Assembly: GCA_035652855.1 (NCBI GenBank)
Contig: DASRCZ010000008.1
Location: 14,911-78,910 of the forward strand
Source of the DNA: Candidatus Acidiferrum sp.
Lineage (GTDB): Bacteria; Acidobacteriota; Terriglobia; Acidiferrales; UBA7541
Direction: 5' to 3'
DNA: 64,000 nucleotides
Shown here piece after piece: positions 16,436-26,141 of this stretch (position 1 is its first letter; every line of letters starts with the position of its first letter). The position numbers and the translations under genes were made by a program. The notes beneath the pieces were generated by a model. That model was not told the origin of the DNA. It saw only the letters and a program-made list of their open reading frames with translations, and did not search any database.

Positions 16436-18754
16436 CTATTGCGGGATGTTGGCGGTCGCAGATCCGAGACGATTCGTCAGCGTCACACTCTGCGGCGTAA
16501 CTGCATTGGCGTCACCCTGTACCGTAAATGGTTGGGTAAAGACGAACTGACTGCCATACTGCCCGGAAGAAGCGTCCTGAAACCAAGCATTAAATAAATT
16601 CTCTACTGGTACTGTCAGGGTCGAAGTTTGACCGGCGACGCTGAAGGTAAAGGTGGCTTGGGTCACCTCTCGGGCTGTGGAAAAACCCGTTACTTCGATA
16701 TTGAACCCATTGCCTCCCCGAATGAGTCGCACGCTTTGGATCACGGGGGCGGCGCGCTCGATACGGATCGTGACGGACGGGGCTGGCGTAGGCGTAATAT
16801 CAATCCCCCCCGCCAGCAGCCGCAGGGATACGGTAATAGTCCCAGCCACAGTTCCGGTCTGCAATGCAAGGCGCGTCGCCGACACCGCGTTCAAAGTCCC
16901 GGCCGCAACCGTGAAGTCGGCGCTCCGGCCGCCGGATGCAAACTGAATCGTGCTATCGCCGCCGCCGCTGTCAGGAGCGAAGCTCAGCAGCGCCTGCCCG
17001 GAGATCAGCGCCGGGAATGGCGAGCTCAGGGAGATCTGAAAGGGAAGCTGCTCGGCAGGTTGCGCGCTCGCGGGCAAGTTCGAGATTACCGCCGACGGAG
17101 TCGGCGGCAGGCTCACATTGATCCGGAATAAATCGACATATGTGGTCCTGACGCTGTCCGTCACGCGTACGGTGAACGAATACGTCCCTGCCGCAGCCGG
17201 GATCCCGCTGATCACGCCGGTTGCCGGATCGATGGCCAATCCGTCCGGCAATCCATTTGTAGACCATGTATACGGCGGTACTCCGCCTGACGCTGTCATC
17301 GATTGCGAAAACGCCGCGCCCAGGGTGGCCTCCGCGAGTTGCGACGCGGTCGTTATGGTCAGCGATGAGGGGCTGACAGTGAGCGTGAATGTTTTGGTCC
17401 CGCTCGCCCCGGCGGCGTCCCGCACCAGAAGCGTTAAGGTAAATGCTCCTGGAGTAAGGGGAGTGCCCGAAAGGGTCGCCGTCGATGCGTCAAAGCTTAA
17501 CCCGGGCGCCCCGCCGTTCGTTAGCGACCACGTATAAGGCGCCGTGCCGCCCACAACCGTAAACGTCTGCCGATACGAGGCGCCGACGGCGCCACTCGGC
17601 AATGTTGCGCCGGTTGGAATCGTCAGTGTAGGCGGATTCACGACTACAGAGAACGGTTGTGAAACTTGCGCCCCGGCGCTGTCAGAGACCTGGATCGTGA
17701 AGTCGAATGTCCCGGCGGTCGTCGGAGTGCCACGGAGCGCGCCGGATGACGGATCTAGCGTTAAACCACCGGTGTTGCCGGACAGCACGGTCCAACGGTA
17801 AGGCGGCGCGCCGCCCGAGGCCGAAAACGTTTGCGCGTAGGCGACTCCAACCGTGCCGCTGAACAGCGGCGGCGCTGTCGTGATCTTGAGCGGCGCTGAA
17901 TTGATCGTCAGCGCAAACTCTCGCGAAGCGGATAACTGCGCAGCATCGGTTACCTGAACCGTGAAATCGAAGACTCCGCTGGCCGTCGGAATTCCGCTGA
18001 TCGCGCCGCTTGCCGGATCGAGCGTCATGCCGGTCGGAAGACCTGGCCCGACGGTCCATCGATACGGCGGCGTCCCGCCGCTTGCAGTCAGAACTTGCAT
18101 ATAGTTCTGTCCCACCATCCCGCCGGGCAACGGACTCGCAGTCATAATCGAGAATGCTGATGATCCCGTAATTGTGATCGAGAATGTTTTGGACGCCGCC
18201 TGGCCAGCGCTGTCGGTCACCTGGGCGGTGAAATTGAACGTGCCCGCGGTCGTTGGAGTCCCGGCAATGGCGCCGGAGGAATTCAGCGCCAATCCGGGAG
18301 CTACAGCAGTGGTGGACCAGGTATACGGCGGGGCCCCGCCTGTTGCGGTCAAGGTAAACGCGTATGCTGCGCCGGGCGCGCCTTGCGGAACCGCTGAGGT
18401 CGTAATCGTTACCGCCGAGCCCGTCACGGTGAATATCAGGCCATTGGATGAAACGCCGCCTGGATTGATAACGGTGATCGTTCCATAACCTGGATTCGCC
18501 AATATGGGGGACGGAATACTCGCGGTCAATTGAGTGCTGCTGAAATACGTAGTCGGAATCGCTGCGCCGTTCCATGCGACCACAGACCCTAGCTGAAAAT
18601 TTGTCCCGCTGACCACCAGCACCACGCCGGGGCTGCCTGCCGGCGCTGTCGACGGACTGATCACCGTGACAGCCGGCGCCGTGCTCTGCGCCGACGCAAC
18701 GGCCCGAAGTAGTATCGCCAGGACGCTACAGAATACAGCGCGTTTCCGGCTCAT
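16436..18754 (-). CDS. Secreted Ig-repeat protein (IPT/TIG + ~5 putative-Ig He_PIG repeats + C-terminal domain)
   Basis: Repeats of ASGGxPPYxW..LP.GL.LD..SG.ISGTPT..G.F.FTVQVTDS; ATG 18754 overlaps the upstream stop (ATGA). Confidence 0.85.
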   Translation of the reverse strand: MSRKRAVFCSVLAILLRAVASAQSTAPAVTVISPSTAPAGSPGVVLVVSGTNFQLGSVVAWNGAAIPTTYFSSTQLTASIPSPILANPGYGTITVINPGGVSSNGLIFTVTGSAVTITTSAVPQGAPGAAYAFTLTATGGAPPYTWSTTAVAPGLALNSSGAIAGTPTTAGTFNFTAQVTDSAGQAASKTFSITITGSSAFSIMTASPLPGGMVGQNYMQVLTASGGTPPYRWTVGPGLPTGMTLDPASGAISGIPTASGVFDFTVQVTDAAQLSASREFALTINSAPLKITTAPPLFSGTVGVAYAQTFSASGGAPPYRWTVLSGNTGGLTLDPSSGALRGTPTTAGTFDFTIQVSDSAGAQVSQPFSVVVNPPTLTIPTGATLPSGAVGASYRQTFTVVGGTAPYTWSLTNGGAPGLSFDASTATLSGTPLTPGAFTLTLLVRDAAGASGTKTFTLTVSPSSLTITTASQLAEATLGAAFSQSMTASGGVPPYTWSTNGLPDGLAIDPATGVISGIPAAAGTYSFTVRVTDSVRTTYVDLFRINVSLPPTPSAVISNLPASAQPAEQLPFQISLSSPFPALISGQALLSFAPDSGGGDSTIQFASGGRSADFTVAAGTLNAVSATRLALQTGTVAGTITVSLRLLAGGIDITPTPAPSVTIRIERAAPVIQSVRLIRGGNGFNIEVTGFSTAREVTQATFTFSVAGQTSTLTVPVENLFNAWFQDASSGQYGSQFVFTQPFTVQGDANAVTPQSVTLTNRLGSATANIPQ

Positions 18755-19752
18755 TGAGCGTTCTCCGGAGCGCCCGACGACGGCCGTTCGATCGGAACAA
18801 ACCACATGCGCAGATTCGCTCCCGATCCGTCGAAAAGCATCACCGGGCCCGTCGATAGATCATTGACGCGAAACATCGCTGCGGAATTTACCGCATCCAA
18901 AGCGGTCGGCCGGCAGTCGCACGAAATGGTTTTCCAAAGCCCGCTCGCGGAGTCGAACTCTGCAATCAATCCCTCCGCGTACGCGACATGCGCGCGGCGC
19001 CCGTCGCGCGAGAGCCGAACCGCTACCGGATTCGAGATCTGATCGCCCGCGATCTGGCCGTAATAAGAGGTCGCGCCGCCCGCCCGAATCAGATACAGTT
19101 CGCCGCTGCGCGATACAGCCAGCCCGTCGCCTCCATCCGGCCGAAAGCAAACAGCGGCCATGACGCCGGGAATCGAGAGCTGCATCCAGCCGGAATTTGC
19201 ATTGAACAGCCAAACCGAATTGGAGTCCGTGACGAACAGAACCAATGCGCCGTCATCGCTGACAGCCAGATCCGCGGCGCTGCCCAGACCGTCCACTGCA
19301 AGCTCCTCGGTCACGGCAGGCGCATCCGGCAATCCGGTGAGGACCTGAAGGCGCGCCGCGCTTTGACTGTAAAGCAACGCCGCGCGCGCCGATGGACTGA
19401 GGACCACGCGATCCGGAGAGACCAGCGCGCCCTCGATCAGGCGAACCATCGGCGCGCTCTGTGGAATTCGCGCCAGGCGGACGCGACCATCATCAGCGGA
19501 CGTCGCCAGTACAAACCGCAGTTGCGCTGCCGCAGCGGCATGCGCCACTGCAAAGCCAATGTCGAGCGGGGCGCCCACCGCAGCCGCTCCGGGAACGCCC
19601 AGGATTGGCCGGATCGCTTTCAGATTGCCGTCGTAGACAAACCCCAGTAATGGAATGCCTACCAGAGATGGCGACGAGCTCTGAGCATTGACCAGCCGGC
19701 AGGACAGCAATAGCGCTGCAGATGATGCCAATAACGCGTAATAAAATCGCAT
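18751..19752 (-). CDS. Secreted hypothetical protein, probable beta-propeller
   Basis: Signal peptide; blade-like motifs VLSPSARA, LAVSDDG, FRPDG, LSRDG; translationally coupled. Confidence 0.7.
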   Translation of the reverse strand: MRFYYALLASSAALLLSCRLVNAQSSSPSLVGIPLLGFVYDGNLKAIRPILGVPGAAAVGAPLDIGFAVAHAAAAAQLRFVLATSADDGRVRLARIPQSAPMVRLIEGALVSPDRVVLSPSARAALLYSQSAARLQVLTGLPDAPAVTEELAVDGLGSAADLAVSDDGALVLFVTDSNSVWLFNANSGWMQLSIPGVMAAVCFRPDGGDGLAVSRSGELYLIRAGGATSYYGQIAGDQISNPVAVRLSRDGRRAHVAYAEGLIAEFDSASGLWKTISCDCRPTALDAVNSAAMFRVNDLSTGPVMLFDGSGANLRMWFVPIERPSSGAPENAQ

Positions 19753-19755
19753 GTT

Positions 19756-20373
19756 TTAGTGAGGTGGACCAACCGTGCCCGTGCCGGGCGTGATGCTGAT
19801 GGCAGGAGCCGCCGGCGTTGGCGAACTTCCGCTGGAACTATTTTTTCCTCCCAGCGCCGCAGCCGCCACGCCCCCGCCTGCGGCAGCGCCGGCGATCGCC
19901 AGGATGATCGCCACCTTCTTGGCGGATCCGCCGCCGGAGCGCTTGCCGGGAACAGCCATATTGAATTGGGTAATATTGGTTCGCGCCGTTCGACCACGAT
20001 ACGATGCGGTGACGTGGATCTGTAGTCTGCCCGTGATCTGGTTCGCCTTTAAACCCTGCGCCGCCGCCCGACCTTGCTGGTCGGTCGTGACTACCAGATT
20101 TTTCGAGCCGTTTGCAAACTCGCCGCTGGCGCCCTCGGTCGGCACTGTGAACACAACCGCCGCCCCGGCCACCGGCCTTTGGTTCTCGTCTTCCACCCTC
20201 ACGACCGGGTCATGCGTGGCCCGCTGGCCAATGTTGTTGATCGCCCCTTCACCAGCAATGACGACGATATTCAGGCCGGCCGGCGGATTTTGGGCGTCCG
20301 CAGGCGGGAGCACAAGCTGCGCACAAATCACCGCCGAAAGCCCTGTACAGAGCGCTTTCATGTTATATCTCAA
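19756..20373 (-). CDS. Exported Ig-like (invasin/Big_1-like) protein with a C-terminal Gly/Ala hydrophobic segment
   Basis: VVRVEDENQRPVAGAAVVFTVP..TTDQQGRA; KKVAIILAIAGAAAGGGVAAA; GGAAAG RBS-like sequence. Confidence 0.7.
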   Translation of the reverse strand: MRYNMKALCTGLSAVICAQLVLPPADAQNPPAGLNIVVIAGEGAINNIGQRATHDPVVRVEDENQRPVAGAAVVFTVPTEGASGEFANGSKNLVVTTDQQGRAAAQGLKANQITGRLQIHVTASYRGRTARTNITQFNMAVPGKRSGGGSAKKVAIILAIAGAAAGGGVAAAALGGKNSSSGSSPTPAAPAISITPGTGTVGPPH

Positions 20374-20429
20374 TAGCTTTCCTTTTCACTACAGGCGACA
20401 ACCGAGGTTGAAGCGATCAGCTCTCGTAA

Positions 20430-20445
20430 AGCAATTTGCTTGCCC
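20430..20445 (-). promoter_or_regulatory. Candidate sigma54 promoter for the three-gene Ig operon
   Basis: Minus strand GGGCAAGCAAATTGCT, GG-N10-GC. Confidence 0.55.
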
Positions 20446-20650
20446 GCAACACGTATCGGACCGCTCAAATCCAGCCCTCCGGATCGTATGATCGCTGCCA
20501 TAGTGGAGATAAACCACCTAAAGGATAATATCGGCTCCGATCGCATACTAAACATTCAGAAGGAATCCCAGTATTTCGCCCTGAGCGGGGCGGGGGTATC
20601 TCGGTCGTGGATTTCATGAAGGTTGAGGCTTTCAGCAGCATTACCATCAT

Positions 20651-20666
20651 TGGTCCGGCAACTGCA
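20651..20666 (+). promoter_or_regulatory. Candidate sigma54 promoter for the OPX gene
   Basis: TGGTCCGGCAACTGCA, GG-N10-GC, ~26 nt before ATG 20692. Confidence 0.55.
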
Positions 20667-20691
20667 TGGAAATGTGATTCAGGTTTTTAAA

Positions 20692-21555
20692 ATGATGGAG
20701 CTAAATAGCAGCGCTGTATTCAGGTTGTGCCTCGCCGGTTTTTTTCTCCTTGCCGGCGGCTTTCGCCTGAATGGCGCCGAGGATCAAAAAGCGCCGCCGA
20801 AAGATCTTGTCGAGTACGTTCGCGAAGCCGCCAAACTTGGCTTGCAGGATGCGCAAATCCAACAGAACGCAGTGAATGCGGGCTGGTCCGCCAGCACGGT
20901 GGAGGAGGCGATCGCATACGTTCGGTCAGGAAAGCAGCCGGACCAATCAGCCCCATCCACAACTGCCTTGTCCCACCCGCCGGCCCCCAACACCCCCGGC
21001 GCCGCCGCAACAAGTGAGCCCGGCGCCTTCGATCCGTCTGCGCGATCGAAGGCGCGCGGCGTGCCGGATGACTATCAGATCGGGGCCGGCGACACGCTGC
21101 AGATTTCCGTGTGGAAAGAACCTGAGGCCTCGGTCGCCAATGCTGTCGTTCGCCCCGACGGGAAGATTGGAATGCCGCTGCTCAAGGAGGTCGAAGTCGT
21201 CGGACTGACGCCCCGGGAAGCCGAAAAGATCATCACATCGCGGCTTTCAAAGTACATCCCTGCCGCGGACGTGACCGTGGTCGTCTCTGGAATCAACAGC
21301 AAAAAAATCTATATTGTCGGCGCGGTGAAAAAAGAGGGCCCTATTCCCTATACCTATCGCATGACCGTATTGCAGGCCTTGAGCGAAGCCGGGGGGCTGA
21401 ACGACTATGCCAAACGCAAAAAGATCTATGTACTTCGAACCGAGAACGGCAAGGAGTACAAACTCCCGTTCGACTACGACGCGGTCCTTAAGGGTGAGCG
21501 CATGGAACTGAATATTCCGCTATTGCCGAACGATACAGTGGTGGTACCGCACTAA
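20692..21555 (+). CDS. Polysaccharide export (OPX/Wza family) protein, short Poly_export + SLBB type
   Basis: YQIGAGDTLQISVWKEPE, VRPDGKIGMPL, IYIVGAVKKEG, LQALSEAGG; ends at LLPNDTVVVPH. Confidence 0.9.
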   Translation: MMELNSSAVFRLCLAGFFLLAGGFRLNGAEDQKAPPKDLVEYVREAAKLGLQDAQIQQNAVNAGWSASTVEEAIAYVRSGKQPDQSAPSTTALSHPPAPNTPGAAATSEPGAFDPSARSKARGVPDDYQIGAGDTLQISVWKEPEASVANAVVRPDGKIGMPLLKEVEVVGLTPREAEKIITSRLSKYIPAADVTVVVSGINSKKIYIVGAVKKEGPIPYTYRMTVLQALSEAGGLNDYAKRKKIYVLRTENGKEYKLPFDYDAVLKGERMELNIPLLPNDTVVVPH

Positions 21556-21596
21556 TTCAAGCTCCCATTCAGCCAATAAGACCGATTCGAACGCAG

Positions 21597-24500
21597 ATGT
21601 CACAATTCTTCAGAACATCCCGGCTTGTTGCGGCCATAGCGCTTAGCTGCGGCTCTTTTGTGTACGCGCAGCTATCGACTTCTGCATACCGCGTGCTCGG
21701 CCAGATCGGGTTCCAGCAGAACGGTCTGAATATGGTGCAAGGCATGGAGTTGAACAGCCCGGCCGGCATCGCCATCGATTTCCGCAACGGACAATTGCAT
21801 GTCTATGTCTCGGATACGGGAAACCACCGCATTCTGGCCTGGCAGGATGCCCGCAGTTATCAGAATGGAGACCCGCCGGCGCTCGTTCTGGCGCAGCCTG
21901 GACGACAATTCTCGGCGCCTCTCGGCATCGGCCTGAAAGGGCTGAACTCGCCGCTGGGCATGGCAGTAGATCCGACCACCGGCAACCTGTACGTCGCCGA
22001 TTCCAACAATAACCGAGTGGTCCGGTTCCCGAATCCATTCGCCAATCCGGCGCGCGTCGAACCGGATGCGGTCTACGGCCAGCCTGGCTTCAACGTGACT
22101 TCGGCTGGCGTCTCCAGCAGTACGCTGAACAAGCCTCGCGCCGTGGCGTTCGATTCGAAGGGTAATTTATGGGTGGCCGACACGGGCAACCATCGCATTG
22201 TCCGATTCAGCGCCGCGCTCCTCGATAGCGCCTCCCCGCCGGCTGCCGATGCTGTTATCGGTCAACCGGACTTTTTTTCAAATAGACCGAATGCCGGAGG
22301 CCCCGTCTCGGCCTCGGGATTCGATACGCCTGCCGGGCTCGCGTTCGATTCGCAAGATAATCTCTATGTCGCGGACCTGAACAATACGCGGGTGCTGAAA
22401 TTTTCCGCACCGCTCGGACCCTCAAATCAAAATCCTGCAGCCAGCAGCGTTTGGGGCGAACCCAACTTTCAGACCAGAGGCGTTATCGGGCAGCCCTCAG
22501 CCTCAACCATCGCCGCGCCGGCTGGACTGGCGGTAGATGCGGCTGGAAACCTGTATGTCGCGTCGCCTGCCGATAATCGCGTTTTGATCTTCCCGGCCAC
22601 AAACGCCGGGGGCGCTGCCAGGAGCGTGCTGGGGCAGCCCGATTTTTCGTCAACCGCTGCGAACGCGAATGCTTCGCCCAAAGCCTCCCCGAACACGCTC
22701 TCAAACCCTCGGGACGTGAAAGTCGATCCGGCCAGCGGCATTGTATTCGTGGCCGATTCGGGAAATAACCGCGTCGTATCGTTTCCTCCGGGCTCCAAGT
22801 CGGCCACCCAGGTGTGGGGACAGACCGATTTCATTGCGAACTCTGTCAATCAGCTCAAGCCGGCCAGCATCGGCGCTCCCTACAAGATGGCCATCGATTA
22901 CTCCAGCGCGCCGTATGCGCTGTATGTTTCTGATTTCATGAACAATCGCGTGCTAGCATGGCGCGACTCCGTCCGTTTCCGGAACGGCGATCCCGCCGAT
23001 TTCGTGATCGGCCAGCCGGATCTGTTCACCGGCATCCCCAACGTTGATACGCGAGGATCTCAAACGCCGTCGCGGACGTCGCTCTCCGGTCCTGCCGGCA
23101 TTGCCGTGAATCCAAGCGATGGCTCGCTGTATGTCGCGGATTCCGGCAACAATCGCGTTCTCCACTATCCACGTCCCGTCAGCCAGGTGGGGCGTATTAC
23201 TCCGGACGCCGTCATCGGACAAACGGATTTCAACAGCAACGCCTCCGCGCTGGTGAATAGTTCCTCCCTGAAGTCCCCCATGGGCGTAGCGCTGGGACCG
23301 GACGGAAACATCTTCATCGCGGATACGGGCAATAATCGCGTGCTCGAGTTCGCGGCGGGCGCAGGCACGGGCGCGACAGCGATCCGGGTATACGGCCAGC
23401 CAAACAGCACATCGGCAAGCGCGCCCGCCCAGCCCTCGGCTCAGACGCTGGCGGCGCCGCAAGGCCTGTTCGTGGACCAATCGTACAATTTGTACGTCGC
23501 CGATACCGCGGCCAATCGAGTCGTCATCTTTCCGAATACCCAGTCTGCGCCGCCCGCAGGCGCCACAGCAGCCTTTGTGATCGGCCAATCCAGTTTCAAT
23601 ACAGCCGCCTCGGGTACCTTGAAAACGCCGACCGATGTCGCCGTTGACAGCGGCGCCAATATCTACGTGGCCGATTACGGCGATAATCGCATACTCATTT
23701 TCCCCTCCGTCGTGTTTTTGCCGGTTGCGGGCGCCGAGCCTGCGGCTGTCGTAGGGCAGCAGGACACGAAGGGAACCACTGCGAACTGGAGTTCTACGAA
23801 TGGCCTCGCAGCCTCCGACGGCCTCTTCGGACCCATTGGAATCTATTTGGATCGCCAGGATACGCTATATGTCGGCGATAGCGGGAACAGCCGCGTCCTG
23901 CATTTCCTCAAAGCTGCTTTCCCCGTCAACAGCGCCACGTATCAGGCCGCCGTGCCGGTCAGCCAGGGCGGACTGACAACGCTGTTCGGCAATGGATTCA
24001 CGACCGAGATCGCGACCGCAGCGGGAGCGTCCTGGCCAACCAGTCTCGCCAACCGCGAGGTCGTCATCAATGATGAAATTAAAGCGCCTATTTACTTCAT
24101 CAATTCCACTCAGGTCAATTTCCAAATGCCCCAAAGCGCCCCGCTTGGAAGCGACCGCATCGCACTGCGCATTGCCGATACCGGCGAGCTCATCGCGGGC
24201 GGAAGCCTGCCGATCGCTGCCGTCTCGCCCGGCCTTTTCACCGCCACCCGGGATGGGAAAGGGCAGGCCGCTGCAACCAACCAGGATGGAAGGATCAACA
24301 GCTCGGCGAACCCAGCGGCGCGGGGCTCGATTATTACCCTATATGGAACCGGACAGGGCCGGGTGAGCCCGCCTGTGCCGGACGGCGTCGCAGCGCCTTC
24401 CTCTCCGCTGTCGAACACAGTCACGGTTCCCACGTCCGATGCGCGCGCATGCATTGCGTCGCAGCCGTCCATGTGCGTTGCCATCGGTTCGTCCTTTGCG

Positions 24501-24653
24501 GAGATTCAGTATTCCGGCCTCGCGCCCGGATACATCGGCCTGTGGCAGATCAATGTGAAAATTCCCCAGGAGGTTCCGCCCGGTAACGCCACGCCCGTGA
24601 GAATCCTTCTCAACGGCGTACCGAGCAATACGGTGACAGTCGCAATCCGGTAA
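21597..24653 (+). CDS. Secreted NHL-repeat protein with Solibacter-type (TIGR03437-like) C-terminal domain
   Basis: About a dozen P.G.A.D..GNLYVAD..N.RV repeats with V(I/L)GQPDF; C-terminal PGLFT..GQAAATNQDG..NPAARGSIITLYGTG..GLAPGYIGLWQINV. Confidence 0.88.
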   Translation: MSQFFRTSRLVAAIALSCGSFVYAQLSTSAYRVLGQIGFQQNGLNMVQGMELNSPAGIAIDFRNGQLHVYVSDTGNHRILAWQDARSYQNGDPPALVLAQPGRQFSAPLGIGLKGLNSPLGMAVDPTTGNLYVADSNNNRVVRFPNPFANPARVEPDAVYGQPGFNVTSAGVSSSTLNKPRAVAFDSKGNLWVADTGNHRIVRFSAALLDSASPPAADAVIGQPDFFSNRPNAGGPVSASGFDTPAGLAFDSQDNLYVADLNNTRVLKFSAPLGPSNQNPAASSVWGEPNFQTRGVIGQPSASTIAAPAGLAVDAAGNLYVASPADNRVLIFPATNAGGAARSVLGQPDFSSTAANANASPKASPNTLSNPRDVKVDPASGIVFVADSGNNRVVSFPPGSKSATQVWGQTDFIANSVNQLKPASIGAPYKMAIDYSSAPYALYVSDFMNNRVLAWRDSVRFRNGDPADFVIGQPDLFTGIPNVDTRGSQTPSRTSLSGPAGIAVNPSDGSLYVADSGNNRVLHYPRPVSQVGRITPDAVIGQTDFNSNASALVNSSSLKSPMGVALGPDGNIFIADTGNNRVLEFAAGAGTGATAIRVYGQPNSTSASAPAQPSAQTLAAPQGLFVDQSYNLYVADTAANRVVIFPNTQSAPPAGATAAFVIGQSSFNTAASGTLKTPTDVAVDSGANIYVADYGDNRILIFPSVVFLPVAGAEPAAVVGQQDTKGTTANWSSTNGLAASDGLFGPIGIYLDRQDTLYVGDSGNSRVLHFLKAAFPVNSATYQAAVPVSQGGLTTLFGNGFTTEIATAAGASWPTSLANREVVINDEIKAPIYFINSTQVNFQMPQSAPLGSDRIALRIADTGELIAGGSLPIAAVSPGLFTATRDGKGQAAATNQDGRINSSANPAARGSIITLYGTGQGRVSPPVPDGVAAPSSPLSNTVTVPTSDARACIASQPSMCVAIGSSFAEIQYSGLAPGYIGLWQINVKIPQEVPPGNATPVRILLNGVPSNTVTVAIR

Positions 24654-24787
24654 GCGCACACACGCCCGCCGGCGCTCTGCGCTGTACGCAAGCAGCTGCC
24701 GCGGGCGTACTACGACGACGTGAACTCTGCATTTGCATTCAGCCTCACATCCACCTCATCCTCTGGGATCCTTCACGCTATCGATGG

Positions 24788-24812
24788 TGGTTATGTCGAC
24801 TTAGCATAACCA
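24788..24812. promoter_or_regulatory. Inverted repeat upstream of the PEP-CTERM gene (candidate TF site)
   Basis: TGGTTATG-N9-CATAACCA. Confidence 0.4.
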
Positions 24813-24905
24813 ATTTCGCGAAGGAAGATACATCTACACGGCTGTAACTGCCTAGTACGCGTGATCTATTCTGGCGGCCCGATGATTAGTGGCAATGTCT
24901 TGACT

Positions 24906-25604
24906 ATGAGAACTGTGTTACTCACTGCAATAGTGATGATTTCCGGTTTAGCGGCATCGGCAACCCCCATCCAGATATTTTCTCGTGATGCGCTGAATGC
25001 CAATGATTTCGTGGATTGGGGTCAGTTACCGCCGCCGATTACCATCTTGGGCGAGGACGTATGGGTGTCATCCCACAATGCGCTGATGCCGGTGCACGCC
25101 AGCAGTTCTCACGAACTCTATTCCGATCAACAAGGCAATCCCTGGGCGGGCAATTTCAGCCCGGGTGATGCTCTGATCGGAACCGGCCAATTCTTTCCAG
25201 CCGCGCCGATTGAGATTACGTTCGATAAGCCCGTTCGCGGCCTGGCTACACAAGTCGGGTACAACATCATTTCCGAAGACTCCTTCCCATTCACGGCCTA
25301 CCTGAAGCTCTTCGATCCTAATGGCGCTCTGTTGGGCTCATTCACAGCAGACGGCAACATGAATAATCATGCGGATAATTCCGCTGTAGTGCTCGGCGCC
25401 ATCGATACAGAGGCCAGCATCGCCCGGGTCGAATTATTTGCGTCCGCGGAATGTGCCCCCGGGGCGTTTCAAAATTCCTTCACAATCAACCGTCTTGATC
25501 TCCTGATCGATGTTCCGGAACCAACGACCCTCATTCCCGTGATGCTCGCCATGACTCTGTTCATTACATATCGCCGCCTGGTCGTGAAAGCACGGCGCGC
25601 ATAA
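24906..25604 (+). CDS. PEP-CTERM sorting-domain protein
   Basis: Signal peptide MRTVLL..AASA/TPI; C-terminal DVPEPTTLIPVMLAMTLFITYRR; Asn/Asp-rich body. Confidence 0.85.
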   Translation: MRTVLLTAIVMISGLAASATPIQIFSRDALNANDFVDWGQLPPPITILGEDVWVSSHNALMPVHASSSHELYSDQQGNPWAGNFSPGDALIGTGQFFPAAPIEITFDKPVRGLATQVGYNIISEDSFPFTAYLKLFDPNGALLGSFTADGNMNNHADNSAVVLGAIDTEASIARVELFASAECAPGAFQNSFTINRLDLLIDVPEPTTLIPVMLAMTLFITYRRLVVKARRA

Positions 25605-25619
25605 AGACGTCCGATTCAC

Positions 25620-25641
25620 CGCGGCGCGGGCGCGCGCCGCG
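25620..25641. terminator. GC hairpin after the PEP-CTERM gene
   Basis: CGCGGCGCG-GGCG-CGCGCCGCG; no U-tract. Confidence 0.35.
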
Positions 25642-25815
25642 TAACTCATCGCTCGCAACTGGTTCGCGCCAGGAGATCGTCTCGACCCGCAAAGCACCCG
25701 GCCGATATTGCCGGTGCGATAATTAGCGGCATTTCCAGCCGACACAAGCCAGCCCAGCTACAATCTATTGTGTAATCTATCCTACTGTATTGGGTCGCTA
25801 TGCTTTAACCAGCAT

Positions 25816-25831
25816 CGGCACGAAGTTTGCA
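25816..25831 (+). promoter_or_regulatory. Near-consensus sigma54 promoter
   Basis: CGGCACGAAGTTTGCA, ~310 nt upstream of ATG 26142. Confidence 0.7.
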
Positions 25832-26141
25832 CAATAGACCACCCGACCAGTTCGTTTTGCCGTTTGCGTCACCCAACGCCGAACTACCAAGAAATCAGTG
25901 GCTTGTAAGGATCCGACGCAGACCTACTCTTCTGGCAGAGAAAATGGGCCCTTGTCTGGTACTATATTGCTAGATCGTTTGGTACTAGAGTACTATATCA
26001 ATTCTAGCGCTGACGGACGATCTCTGTGGTCGGGTTCCTCAGCGCCAAACGGTCCCGATCCCGGTCAAGACTGGGTATAACTGGTGAGACCGGTGAACAA
26101 TTTTATCCGAGGTCAGCAGAAGCCTCCTGGAAAGGAATGCA

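Noticed and set aside
16436-24653. Repetitive DNA as a CRISPR array or tandem repeat
   Set aside because: The repeats are degenerate protein-level Ig and NHL repeats; there are no identical direct repeats with spacers.
25845-25890. c-di-GMP-I riboswitch (GACGCAAA/GGCAAA-like words on the minus strand)
   Set aside because: The elements are in the wrong order and orientation and there is no GNRA-capped P2; an Rfam scan would be needed.
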